Source of the DNA: an uncultured virus (IMG/VR IMGVR_UViG_3300005613_005441)
Taxonomy: Duplodnaviria > Heunggongvirae > Uroviricota > Caudoviricetes
DNA: 64,000 bases
Direction: 5' to 3' (one strand)
IMG/VR virus record: IMGVR_UViG_3300005613_005441
The notes beneath the pieces are model-generated. The model had not been told where the DNA came from, made no database searches, and saw only the letters and a program-made list of their open reading frames with translations. Of this stretch, positions 8,677 to 17,980 are shown piece after piece. Each line of letters opens with the position of its first letter. The first letter of the stretch is position 1. The position numbers and the translations under genes were made by a program.

Positions 8677-11521
8677 TTATTTCTTAAAGGATTTGAACCA
8701 TTCCTCCGGTTTTACCTCACGGGCCGTCTTCCGCTGTTCCAGACCATCCGCGCCCTTGCTGTTCAGCGCCCTGGCGATCTCCTTGGCCCGGTCGCCCGAC
8801 ACCGCTAGACAGATCAGGTGCTGGTCGTCCGGGCTGCCAAGATCCTTGTATACGGCATTACCCTGCCGGTAATGCGCCTCGTCCAGCATCGACCGGTCAA
8901 ATGCCATGCTGCACCTCCGTAGCCTCGAGGCTGCCTTCCTGCAGGCCCATCTCCAGGATCATGCCGAACTTGTCCTCGATCAACTCCTGCTCATGCAACT
9001 GGTGCAGGATATCACCGACAGTGGCTTCCTGGTTATAAGCATTGACCTTCGTGTCCAGGATATCGGACAGGTCGGACATCTGCTTGCCTATCTCCAGCAT
9101 CTCTGAACTGCTGAAAGTATCTCCTTCTTCGAAATCAGTCATGTTCGTCTCCTTCGACTTTTATTTCACCTGAGTGGATTCCGTCCTCGAGGACCTGTAT
9201 AAAAGTGTCTTCGAGAAGCTGCTCAGTACTAAGCTGCCGCAGAATTTCTTCTACACGCATCTTCACTCCCTGATACTGTACTTCGGTATCCAGGATATCC
9301 GCCATTTCCTGCAGATTCAGCCCTTTGGCTATCTTATCCGCCGTACTGGAACAGCTTGCTTCGCACACTGGATTTGTCAGCCGGCTATCACCATAATCAC
9401 GATGGACTTCCGACCCTCTGCTGTAATAGAAACCCCTATTCATGCTTTCACCTCCTCTTCGGTTACGTAGACCCAGGCCTGTACATAGTAGCCGCCGTCG
9501 GAACTGTACGTGACAGTGGTGTTCGAGTCGATCTCGATACTCCCCTGTTCTCCGTACTTGTCTTCGGCGGCTTTGACTATGCGCCGCTCCAGGTCTTTCT
9601 GTTTATTACTTTTTTTAGCCATTTTTCCACTTTCTTGTTAGTAGATATACTATCAGTATATCTAAGACACGGATTACTGGTTACCTGCCCTTGCTCTTCT
9701 TCTTTTTACTGTAACGGTCGCATATCCCCAGCGGATCCACTTTGATTTTGTCATACTCGACCTGTTTAAGCTTAAGTTCCGCAACGCAGTGAAAATCATC
9801 AGCAAAAACGCGGCTTTCCGACCGCCGGCAATGCGCACAGGTGGCACAGCAGCGGACATCGCCCCGTTCCCGGTAAGACGCGAACCTCAGATGCAGACGA
9901 CGGCCTCTCAAAAATTTATAGACTTCAGACTCCATGCGTCTCTGCTCCGCCCCATCGCTCGAGTGGCGCCGTATGGACTCTTGCACCTCTTCAAGGGCCT
10001 TGTCGATCGACGCAAGGGGGTCTGCGGTCCTCTTCCCTATTACTATTGTCCGCTTATCCGTTTTTCTGCAGCTGACGCGCAGCATAGTCATATAAAAACC
10101 CTCGGCCATACCTATCACGTGGATAGCACCGTTGCGCAGCAAGGCTCCCCAGCCGTGGGCGGAACCGCCCGGGGCGGAACCGTCCCAGACTATGCCTTTC
10201 CAGCCCGGGCCTAGGACTTTCCTCATCGCTTTGATCCTTTCCCGGGCCTCTTCCTTCGTACCGTGTACAAATGGATCCCACGTATTCATATCACACCCTC
10301 CTTATTTAATGGGCGTACCTTCGCCCTTGTTGTAGATCGCGATTATCGCGTCTTCCATGATATCCCAGTTAAGGCCCAGATTGGCATCGTGGCCGTCGAT
10401 GAGCAGCTCGGCCACCTGGTTGACCTGCTCGGCGGTCAGCTCCATCTCGAGTTCCTCGGCCTTGTGCCGGATATCGTCCTTCTGCCAGCAGATGTCCATC
10501 AGGTAGCCGGCGTCCTTCAGTGTCTGTATCGCTTTGTTGGTCTTTGATGTCATTGCCTACTCCTTATCCAGTTCATCATCTATGGCTTTAACGAACTCCT
10601 TTGCCCGCTTCTTGCACTGGCAGATGGCGTTTGTCTTTAGACCGCCCTCTTCAGCAAAGGCACAACCATGATTGGAACAGCCCTGCACCAGCACAGCCAG
10701 CCTGGTGGTAAGGTGGACCAACCTCTCAGTTCTCTCTTTCATATGTTATCCTCTCATATCGATTACCATATCTTCTACTTCCGAACGCTGCTCAGGTGTC
10801 AGCCCGACACCGCCGTCCTTGTATTCCGGCAGCCACAGGGTGTTGGTGATAGACCGGCGTACCCATTTCAGCAGCTGCCGATAACTCCTTTTGTACTCCC
10901 GGTTGGACATATCAGTCCCGTCATCACCCGTCAGCTTCGCTTCCAGCAGCTCCCCTACAACAGGTGCCGATCCTTTAGGCGCATCGCCGATGACCAGCGT
11001 GTACTCCTGCTCCTTGCCGCTTTCCTGGTTTGTGGCGGAAAGGTAGAAAGTTCCAGCCGACTCCTTGTCCTGGTCCCAGCCGTCCTCCCACAGCAGCTTC
11101 CTGAGCTCTTCTACTTCGTCTTCCGGCCGCTGCTGGTTGCAATACTGTTTGAAGTTCATCAAGCACTCTTCGCTTTCTTGGAGGCATTGTACTCCGTGAT
11201 CTTCTTCTCGACCTTCTCGTCCATGGCCAGTGCCTTGGCCAGCTCCCAGTTGGTCGACAGCCAGAACCATGCCCCGCCCAGCAGCGCCAGCGTCCCCAGC
11301 CACACTGCTGTGGCCATGACGATCGCCGCCAGGTAGCAGAAGACATAGGGCATGAGCTCGGCCAGCTGGGCGAGCCCGATCACGATGCCGGCGATAATAC
11401 CCGCCGCCGCCAGCAGGATGGATACCCCGCCGACCAGGGTCAGCACGAATATTCCCATCTCTTTGCACTTCAGTTTCAGGAAATGCTTTACTGCCATAAG
11501 CCAGTCTTTCATGTCATTCAC
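8677..11521 (-). other. Run of about 9 small, tightly packed hypothetical phage genes
   Basis: Abutting or overlapping ORFs with RBSs (8677-8907, 8897-9142, 9135-9443, 9440-9622, 9681-10289, 10302-10553, 10557-10742, 10746 to ~11159, 11159-11521). Confidence 0.6.
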
Positions 11522-11655
11522 TCCTTACTTAAATAGGTACCCCTGCCAGCCATCACGGGGGATGGAGGGTCGGCCATGTCGACCAGCAGGGGTAATGATT
11601 AACGTTGAAAACAACGAGACGTTGTCTTTTGTGGCTAGAAACTATAGTCAGATTA

Positions 11656-12492
11656 TCAACAGCAAAAAGAACATTTTTCCTTGAAAGCCCTTGAAAGCTT
11701 TTCAACAGCGGCTTTCTCCCGCTGTCTTACTCTCTCCTTGGTACGGCCGATTTCTTCGCCGAGCTGCTCGTAAGTCATTTTTCCACAGCCTTCCAGCTCC
11801 ATCCGAGAACTAATAATTAATCTGTCAGTGGGAGACAGCTCTGATAGACCTTCGGTCTGCAGCCATTGTTTAAACAACTCCAGATCAACAGCCGCATGCA
11901 CATCCCGTCCTTCCCGCTTCTCCGAATCATAGGGGAGACCGGGATCGCCCATTATCGCCACAGTAGCTATAGGCTGCCTGAAAAGACTGACAGCCTTATC
12001 CACCAGCGTATCGGAGCTTCGTTCAAAAACTCTTTTACGCCTAATAAACTCCGAAGATATGATATCCTCTTTAGACATGTTCTCGATCTCTGAGGAAACT
12101 ATTGGCGAACAGGCCAATGCCGATAACATGGACGCCATGTGATAAGGCAGTCTGATTGTACGGGCTTCTTTTGCATAAAGCTTAAACATCTCCCGAGCAA
12201 CACAGGTCTTAAGATAAGATGGTATCCCCTCAAGACGTACTCTATCGATCTTCAAATCCAGCAGACCCCTGTTAAACCCGATCAGAAGAGTGTTATATAT
12301 TTCACCCCACGTTATCGAAGGAGGACAGGGTTTAAATTTTCTCAGCATTCCCATTAACATGTATTTCATACTACCCGCCAGTTCAGTAAAAAGCACATCT
12401 GTCGGGGCTTTCTGGTAGACGGCTATCTTTCCGGCAAAATCTTTAACCGGCATGCTCTTATATTTTAAGTTGTTTATAAAAAAATCTTTCAT
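11656..12492 (-). CDS. Sigma-70 family RNA polymerase sigma factor-like protein
   Basis: ARTIRLPYHM (region 2.4/3 motif of RpoD-like sigmas) and region 4 MTYEQLGEEIGRTKERVRQREKAAVEKL. Confidence 0.8.
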   Translation of the reverse strand: MKDFFINNLKYKSMPVKDFAGKIAVYQKAPTDVLFTELAGSMKYMLMGMLRKFKPCPPSITWGEIYNTLLIGFNRGLLDLKIDRVRLEGIPSYLKTCVAREMFKLYAKEARTIRLPYHMASMLSALACSPIVSSEIENMSKEDIISSEFIRRKRVFERSSDTLVDKAVSLFRQPIATVAIMGDPGLPYDSEKREGRDVHAAVDLELFKQWLQTEGLSELSPTDRLIISSRMELEGCGKMTYEQLGEEIGRTKERVRQREKAAVEKLSRAFKEKCSFCC

Positions 12493-13285
12493 TAGGAACC
12501 CTCCTTTTTTATATTATTCAACCGCCTTCGGCGTTTCAGCCCGTTTGACCTTGTCCCAGGTAAGGCGTCCGCCTACCTCGTAGAGTATATGCCAAAGCTG
12601 ATCCCAGCACATCTTGCGGATCCCGACCACTCTGTGGTATTTGTAACTCATTTCGAGTCCTCCACTTCATACTCACGGATCTCGGTGTCGAGGATCTCGG
12701 CACCGTCCGTGGTGCTGTTGAAATGATAATCCATCTCGGAAACCACTTCACTTAGATCGATATTATACTCCATGTCGATGATCAGCCGAGTCTCCACTTT
12801 CACGTATACTTTACGGCTCATGTCGCTACCTCCTTCTTTGTAGTATCCACCCAATCGGGTGTCTCCATATCACCGGTGTGCTCCCCGGTACTGTGGTGTT
12901 TGCACCGCTTGTTGGAGCAGTACCACCAGTAATCCATATCAGGGAACACCTCGGCATGCGGCTGTGTTACCACGACGTTGTACCCGCAGTCCCTGCAAGT
13001 ACCGGTAAACCACGAACGGGTATCAGCCATCAGTCGATACTCCAGCCGTCCAGTGAGCCCAATAGTTTCTTGAGCACCTCCGGAGTAATGTCGGCATCCT
13101 CGCTCTCGACAGTGTTGATCACCTGCCAGTCACTCAGGCGCAGCAGCCCTACCACATGCTTCTCCGCCCTGATCAACGTATAACCGTCCTGCGTCCCTTC
13201 TGCTCCGCAGTTCAGCACATCTCCGTGGTTTATCTCGATAACGGGCAGCTTATTGTCCATGGCGTACCCGTTTATCGACGCAGCT

Positions 13286-13687
13286 TCATTCAGCCACTTT
13301 TTCATCGGTCAGCTCCTTTATACGCCGTTCGATGGTGCCGGGCCCGCGCTTGGCGCCTTCCAGCCATTCAGGGCGCCACTCGGTGATCCGCGGCTCCTCG
13401 TCCTTGATGTGCTCGTACTTGCCGGGCTCGGGCTCGTTGATGTGCTCCTTCTGCAGGATCAGCACCAGCGGCGGCTCCGCATTGTCCATCAGCTTCGAAA
13501 ACGCCTCAGCCTCTTCATAAGACACAAACGCCTTACAGGTGTCATCTCCACCCCCGTGGACCCATACCCGGTACTCCAGCACGTCATCGTACACGTAGCC
13601 GGCACCGGACTTGCACAGCAGCGGATAGGTCCCGACCTTGTCGGGGTCCACTGCCCGTGGATATTTACTTTCTACTGTTGCTGACAT
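13286..13687 (-). CDS. Conserved hypothetical protein
   Basis: Recognisable conserved motifs (KSGAGYVYDDVLEYRVWVH; EPPLVLILQKEHINEPEPG...RITEW); function unclear. Confidence 0.55.
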   Translation of the reverse strand: MSATVESKYPRAVDPDKVGTYPLLCKSGAGYVYDDVLEYRVWVHGGGDDTCKAFVSYEEAEAFSKLMDNAEPPLVLILQKEHINEPEPGKYEHIKDEEPRITEWRPEWLEGAKRGPGTIERRIKELTDEKVAE

Positions 13688-14335
13688 CAGCCAGTTCCTC
13701 CTCTGTTAGGGTAGGGCCTTCATCGATATACAAAGGCTCGGTACCGTCTGCTTCTCCTTCGTCGACCCAGCCAATGCCGACCCAGCGCTTGCGCCTGCCC
13801 AAATGTTCAGCAGGCCCGGGCAGTTTGTCTTTCTGCTCAGGGAACATATTGCCCAGGTCGTGGACCTTAACTATCTGTCGCTGGGTCGTAGGGGACTTCT
13901 TCGTCTTCATATATACTCTCCAGGTTATCGTGAAAATCAGTGTCGAGCTTGTCCTTGAGCCGTGGTACCGCCTGTTCACGCACGGCTTTCAGGAAGTCGT
14001 CGTTGAAGTCGGCATGCTCATCGAACTTGACCAGGTCGGCAGGGATCACCACCCGGGTCATCAGGCTGATCTCGACCAGATAGGCTTTCTTCGGCCCTGC
14101 CGGCACACAGGTGTGGCCTTCTATGCAGTCACCACATACCTTTCCCTTTCCGCAGTAGGCATCAGGGCGGTGTGCCTCTTTATGACTGCAGACGCAGTTG
14201 CAGCGGTTAGCGTGGTCGCAGATATGCGTCTTCTCTATTTCGGCCTCCATGGCACACTTGATACAGAGCCCCCCGTCAGTCAGCTCGTCGGAAGCCTCGC
14301 CACATTTAGCACATAACATCATATTCTCCTTATAA

Positions 14336-14411
14336 TGGAGCGCCTGGATGGATTCGAACCACCGACTGCAAGCTTTTAGGGAGCTCCGCTCTACCGCTGA
14401 GCTACAGGCGC
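14336..14411 (-). tRNA. tRNA with anticodon CUA (amber suppressor-type), CCA encoded
   Basis: GCGCCTG TA GCTC AGCGGTA GAGC G GAGCT CCCTAAA AGCTT GCAGTC GGTGG TTCGAAT CCATC CAGGCGC T CCA: a complete cloverleaf with anticodon loop CC-CUA-AA. Confidence 0.85.
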
Positions 14412-14702
14412 TTAAAACAGTTTAAGTTTTTTGAAGACCGGCTGGTCGGTCGCACAGGCAAGAGCTGTGACCTGGTCACCTATGTCAGGTTCCCTGAACA
14501 CCGCATGGCCGATACCGGCCCGGTCCAGCTGCCAGGCCCAGCGTTTGATATCATCTTCGGTACCGCCGTCCAGATAGATCAGGGTACCGTTGTCCCACTA
14601 GGTGGCAGGACCACGCAGCAGATATTCCGCTACTGCATGGCCAGCCTGTACCGAAGCATACCGAGGGTCAAGATCTCTACGCAATAGCACGAACAGCTTC
14701 AT
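14412..14702 (-). CDS. Pth2-like peptidyl-tRNA hydrolase with an in-frame TAG at codon 35
   Basis: Hand translation MKLFVLLRRDLDPRYASVQAGHAVAEYLLRGPAT*WDNGTLIYLDGG...HAVFREPDIGDQVTALAC...FKKLKLF. Pth2-like motifs (VxxRxDL, QAGHA, FxEPD...TALA, LKL) lie on both sides of the TAG at 14598-14600. Confidence 0.8.
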
Positions 14703-15030
14703 CTTCAGCCACCTCCTCTTCTTTTACCGGCGGTGGTCGATAGGTGTTCTGGAGCCGTTCGATAGCATACCAGTCCGGCTCGTTGCCTTCCCGGACCTTC
14801 TGCTCGATCTCCTTGTATTCGCGTCCAAGCAGGAGCGAATAAGCGATATGCATGTTACGGAGGTCTTGTTTGTTGTTGCGGACAATGGTGGCGGCCGACT
14901 TGGGCTCTACGCGCTCTATAGTCAGCTTGACGCTTTTCGGCAGCTTTTCCTTGCGCATGGCTTTCAGCTGGGGCTGCTGCTCGGCGAGTCCTTTGATGAG
15001 TTCTTTGAGTTCTAATAGTTTCTGGTGCAT
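14677..15030 (-). CDS. Conserved hypothetical phage protein, overlapping the Pth2-like gene
   Basis: Motif RNMHIAYSLLLGREYKEIE; AGGAG RBS; ends in TAG. Confidence 0.7.
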   Translation of the reverse strand: MHQKLLELKELIKGLAEQQPQLKAMRKEKLPKSVKLTIERVEPKSAATIVRNNKQDLRNMHIAYSLLLGREYKEIEQKVREGNEPDWYAIERLQNTYRPPPVKEEEVAEDEAVRAIA

Positions 15031-15073
15031 TGTGTTTCTCCTGTTACAGTTAAGATAGGTAGGGTTGTCAATT

Positions 15074-15089
15074 TTCCGGAGCTCCGGAA
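15074..15089. promoter_or_regulatory. 16-bp perfect palindrome TTCCGGAGCTCCGGAA, copy 1 of 4
   Basis: Identical intergenic copies at 31140, 39353 and 60312, all with A/T-rich flanks. Confidence 0.7.
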
Positions 15090-15094
15090 ATTCT

Positions 15095-15136
15095 TCACTG
15101 CGCCAGGAGAGGCGGGCCGCGAGTCTAGTAGTGCAT
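15095..15136 (-). CDS. Putative leader peptide M-H-Y-amber-T-R-G-P-P-L-L-A-Q
   Basis: AAAGGAG-cataccc-ATG CAC TAC TAG ACT CGC GGC CCG CCT CTC CTG GCG CAG TGA, directly after a consensus promoter. Confidence 0.6.
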
Positions 15137-15159
15137 GGGTATGCTCCTTTCTTTACTCT

Positions 15160-15187
15160 ATTATACGCCGCTCTCCTGAAATGTCAA
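15160..15187 (-). promoter_or_regulatory. Consensus sigma70 promoter
   Basis: TTGACA-N16-TATAAT on the minus strand. Confidence 0.75.
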
Positions 15188-16146
15188 GCGTTAAAGCTTA
15201 TTGTAGAACTGGGTCATCCGGTTGAACTTCTTGATGTACTTCCTGACGGCCTTGCGGAGCTTCTTCCTGTTCTCCCTGGGCACCAGCAGATGGATGCCGA
15301 GGTGCCAACGGTCTACCCGGGAATACTTCTCCCCTTTTGTCTCCACTTTTGCCTCTTTACCGGGACAGGTGAGTACGGCCGTGACCTGGGCATCGAATTT
15401 CTTCGCTATTTCTTTAAGGGCCTCGCCGTTCTCGTTCTCGAAGCGGTCCCTGAGCTTGAAGGACAGATTATCCTGGATCATAGCTTGTCGTAAAGTTCGC
15501 AGCTGCGGTTGAAGCTATCCTGAAACTGCTTCAGCTGTTCCCGGACCAGCTTGTCCTGGGTGTGCGGGACCCTGTAGTATACCTTGTACAGCCAGACCTT
15601 GCCGGCCTCCGGCTCCTCGTCCTCCCTGCCCTGCTCCTTGCGTATCTTCCGGACTGCAGGGGCGAACTTGCTCCAGGTGATCTTCTCTATGAAGCCGTCC
15701 CGGGAGGTTATTATGTCGATGATGCGCCGGCCGTTGTCGGCCAGCTCCTCACGTAAAATGAGTTCCGCCATCTCGCTCATCATGGTAACTCCGCGAGAAA
15801 GCGGTCCACATTACGGCGTCTAGTCAATAGCCTTTCGAGACGTCTATGGATCTTCCGATTTTCTGCCGGTGTCCATTTCCGCGGTACCCAGTAGCTTATG
15901 GTATAGCGGTGCGAGCCGGCAAAACGCATATCTCTTGTTATACATCTGAACACCGCCCGTATACCCTTTTCCACCGCTTCAATCACCGGGGGATCGTTTC
16001 CCTGCACGACCATTCGAGGGCCTGCAGCGTCCCAGATGAAAATCCTTATGATCATCTCTCGGCGGGGAGGCTTGAGCCTTTCCAGCGCCGACGTCCCGAC
16101 AATAACCGATTCATCATCAGACAAGGGCCTGGATTTCCGAAGGATC

Positions 16147-16875
16147 CTAGCCATCTTCCCGTCCGCTGTGCCGGCGGTCAAGCTCGGCGATGATCAGCGC
16201 TGCCGCCTTCTCCAGCTCACGGTCCCGGTCGTCGGGCGTGGGCTTCCACCAGCTCTTGTCCCAGGGCCAGCTGGCCGGTACCGCCCGACCTTCGCGCACT
16301 TCGCGGATATAGTTGGCAGCCTGCGCATAACAGGCCCCGGCCCTGGCCAGGATATTGTCCGCATAGTCACTGTCATGCTCAGGAGTCCAGCCCTCCTCGC
16401 CGATCTGGCGGTCACGCTCGGCAACGGCTTTGGCCATACCATGGGTGAGCCCGCCCTGCGGGATATGCCTGAGGGTGTTGATCAGCTCACGCAGCTTGCC
16501 CACAGTGAAAGTAAGCTCCAGATGATAATCTTCAGCAAGCGTGCTGTCGAACACATCGACCATATGCTTCTGGCTGGCCTCCTGGACGATCATCTTGATC
16601 AAGTCGTTGTCGTATTTCTCCTCGCCGTGGACTTTTATAGCCTCCTTCAGCATCACCCGGGCATTATTGAAGAATACTTCGCTGCACTCTTCGCCGTGCT
16701 TCTTCTTGAACTCCTCCAGCTTTTCCTTGATCTTTTCAAGCGTGTCTTCGCCGCACTCGGTAGCGAAGTCCGCCCAGGAGTACTCATCGGTCCCCGCTAT
16801 CATCATGATCGCCGCCTCGGTCACCAGCAGCGCTGTCTCCAGTACCGCCAACGGCACTAATTCGATCTTTTTCAT
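16147..16875 (-). CDS. Phage protein with a conserved C-terminal domain common in phage accessory genes
   Basis: AERDRQIGEEGWTPEHDSDY...LARAGACYA...WPWDKSWWKPT...RELEKAAALIIAELDR. Confidence 0.6.
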   Translation of the reverse strand: MKKIELVPLAVLETALLVTEAAIMMIAGTDEYSWADFATECGEDTLEKIKEKLEEFKKKHGEECSEVFFNNARVMLKEAIKVHGEEKYDNDLIKMIVQEASQKHMVDVFDSTLAEDYHLELTFTVGKLRELINTLRHIPQGGLTHGMAKAVAERDRQIGEEGWTPEHDSDYADNILARAGACYAQAANYIREVREGRAVPASWPWDKSWWKPTPDDRDRELEKAAALIIAELDRRHSGREDG

Positions 16876-17578
16876 TGTTCAACTCCTCTGTTAATCCGAT
16901 TTTAATCTTGTCCATCGCTTCTTTGTTCACCACCGGGTTCTGCTTCCGAACCGCCTCGATAGTCTTTTCGAGCTGCTCCCGGGTCAGCGGTGGCGTGGTG
17001 TCCGGAGGCATGCTGTAATGCACCGGCGGCGGCTCGTCGAGCGAGTACAGGCTGTCGACGAACTTATTGCGCTGCCGCTCTCTGAGCTTGCGGTCCAGCG
17101 TATCCCTGGTGTACGGGCATTCGGCCAATACATCCAGGATTATATCCAGCTTGTCGTCAATGCCCTGCAGGATGTCGGTACGATAACCCTTTTCCGCCAT
17201 CTCGCGGGGAACGGCCAATGAATCCGTGAGCTGCTTATTGATAGAATCCATCAGCTTCTTGAGATCAGCGGGCCTGTCGGGATGCTGGTACTCGACGTTG
17301 ATCTTGCCCTGGAGCTCCTCGAACTTCTTGCCGGTAAAGGACAGTGAAGTCAGGGGCGAGGGCGGTATCTCGAGCTTTACCTTATTCGGCATTTTTCCGG
17401 GTCCAGCTCAAATTTGCATTTATGTCCGATCCCGCTCTTCTTGCAGGTCTTACTGTGCCTACACAGCTGATAGAAACACCAGTGGCTGCTCAACATGGCA
17501 TCGGTGCATGCCTGCAGCTGCTCTTTCAGCTTCCTGGTTTCCCGTTCATCGGGGTCTATCCTGATCAAGCCGTTGTCT

Positions 17579-17980
17579 TCAGTCATGTCTCGTACACCTC
17601 TTTCCCTGTTCATGCCTTTTTATCTGTTTACATTCCTGCTTGGAAAGCAGTTCCGGCGCTTCCAGGTATCGGATCTTCTTCCCGCGCTTCTCCGCGTATT
17701 CGATCTCCGACTGTGTGGACTCCCCGATATAGCCATTGACATTGAGGACCAGTATCTCGTCCGCCATATCGATCTTGCGTTTATGCAGCTCATCGAGCAT
17801 CTCCTTTTGCTCCTCGGTACAGCCGAGCTGTTCTCCGTGAACCTGCTCTGCTGCATGCGGATAGAACCCGACCGACAGGACGATCCGGCCTTTCATGGTC
17901 TCATCATAGTTGGCTTTCTGGAACGCCTCGTAGAACCGGGTACTGCCGCAGAGGCAGACTACTATCGGTTTCTCGCTCAT
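17579..17980 (-). CDS. Nucleoside 2-deoxyribosyltransferase-like small Rossmannoid protein
   Basis: VVCLCGSTRF...LHKRKIDMADEILVLNVNGYIGESTQSEIEYA. Confidence 0.65.
   Translation of the reverse strand: MSEKPIVVCLCGSTRFYEAFQKANYDETMKGRIVLSVGFYPHAAEQVHGEQLGCTEEQKEMLDELHKRKIDMADEILVLNVNGYIGESTQSEIEYAEKRGKKIRYLEAPELLSKQECKQIKRHEQGKRCTRHD

Noticed and set aside
14336..14411. Reading the tRNA as Gly(CCC)
   Set aside because: Centring CCC in the loop destroys the anticodon stem pairing. Only the CUA register gives a 5-bp stem with a 7-nt loop.
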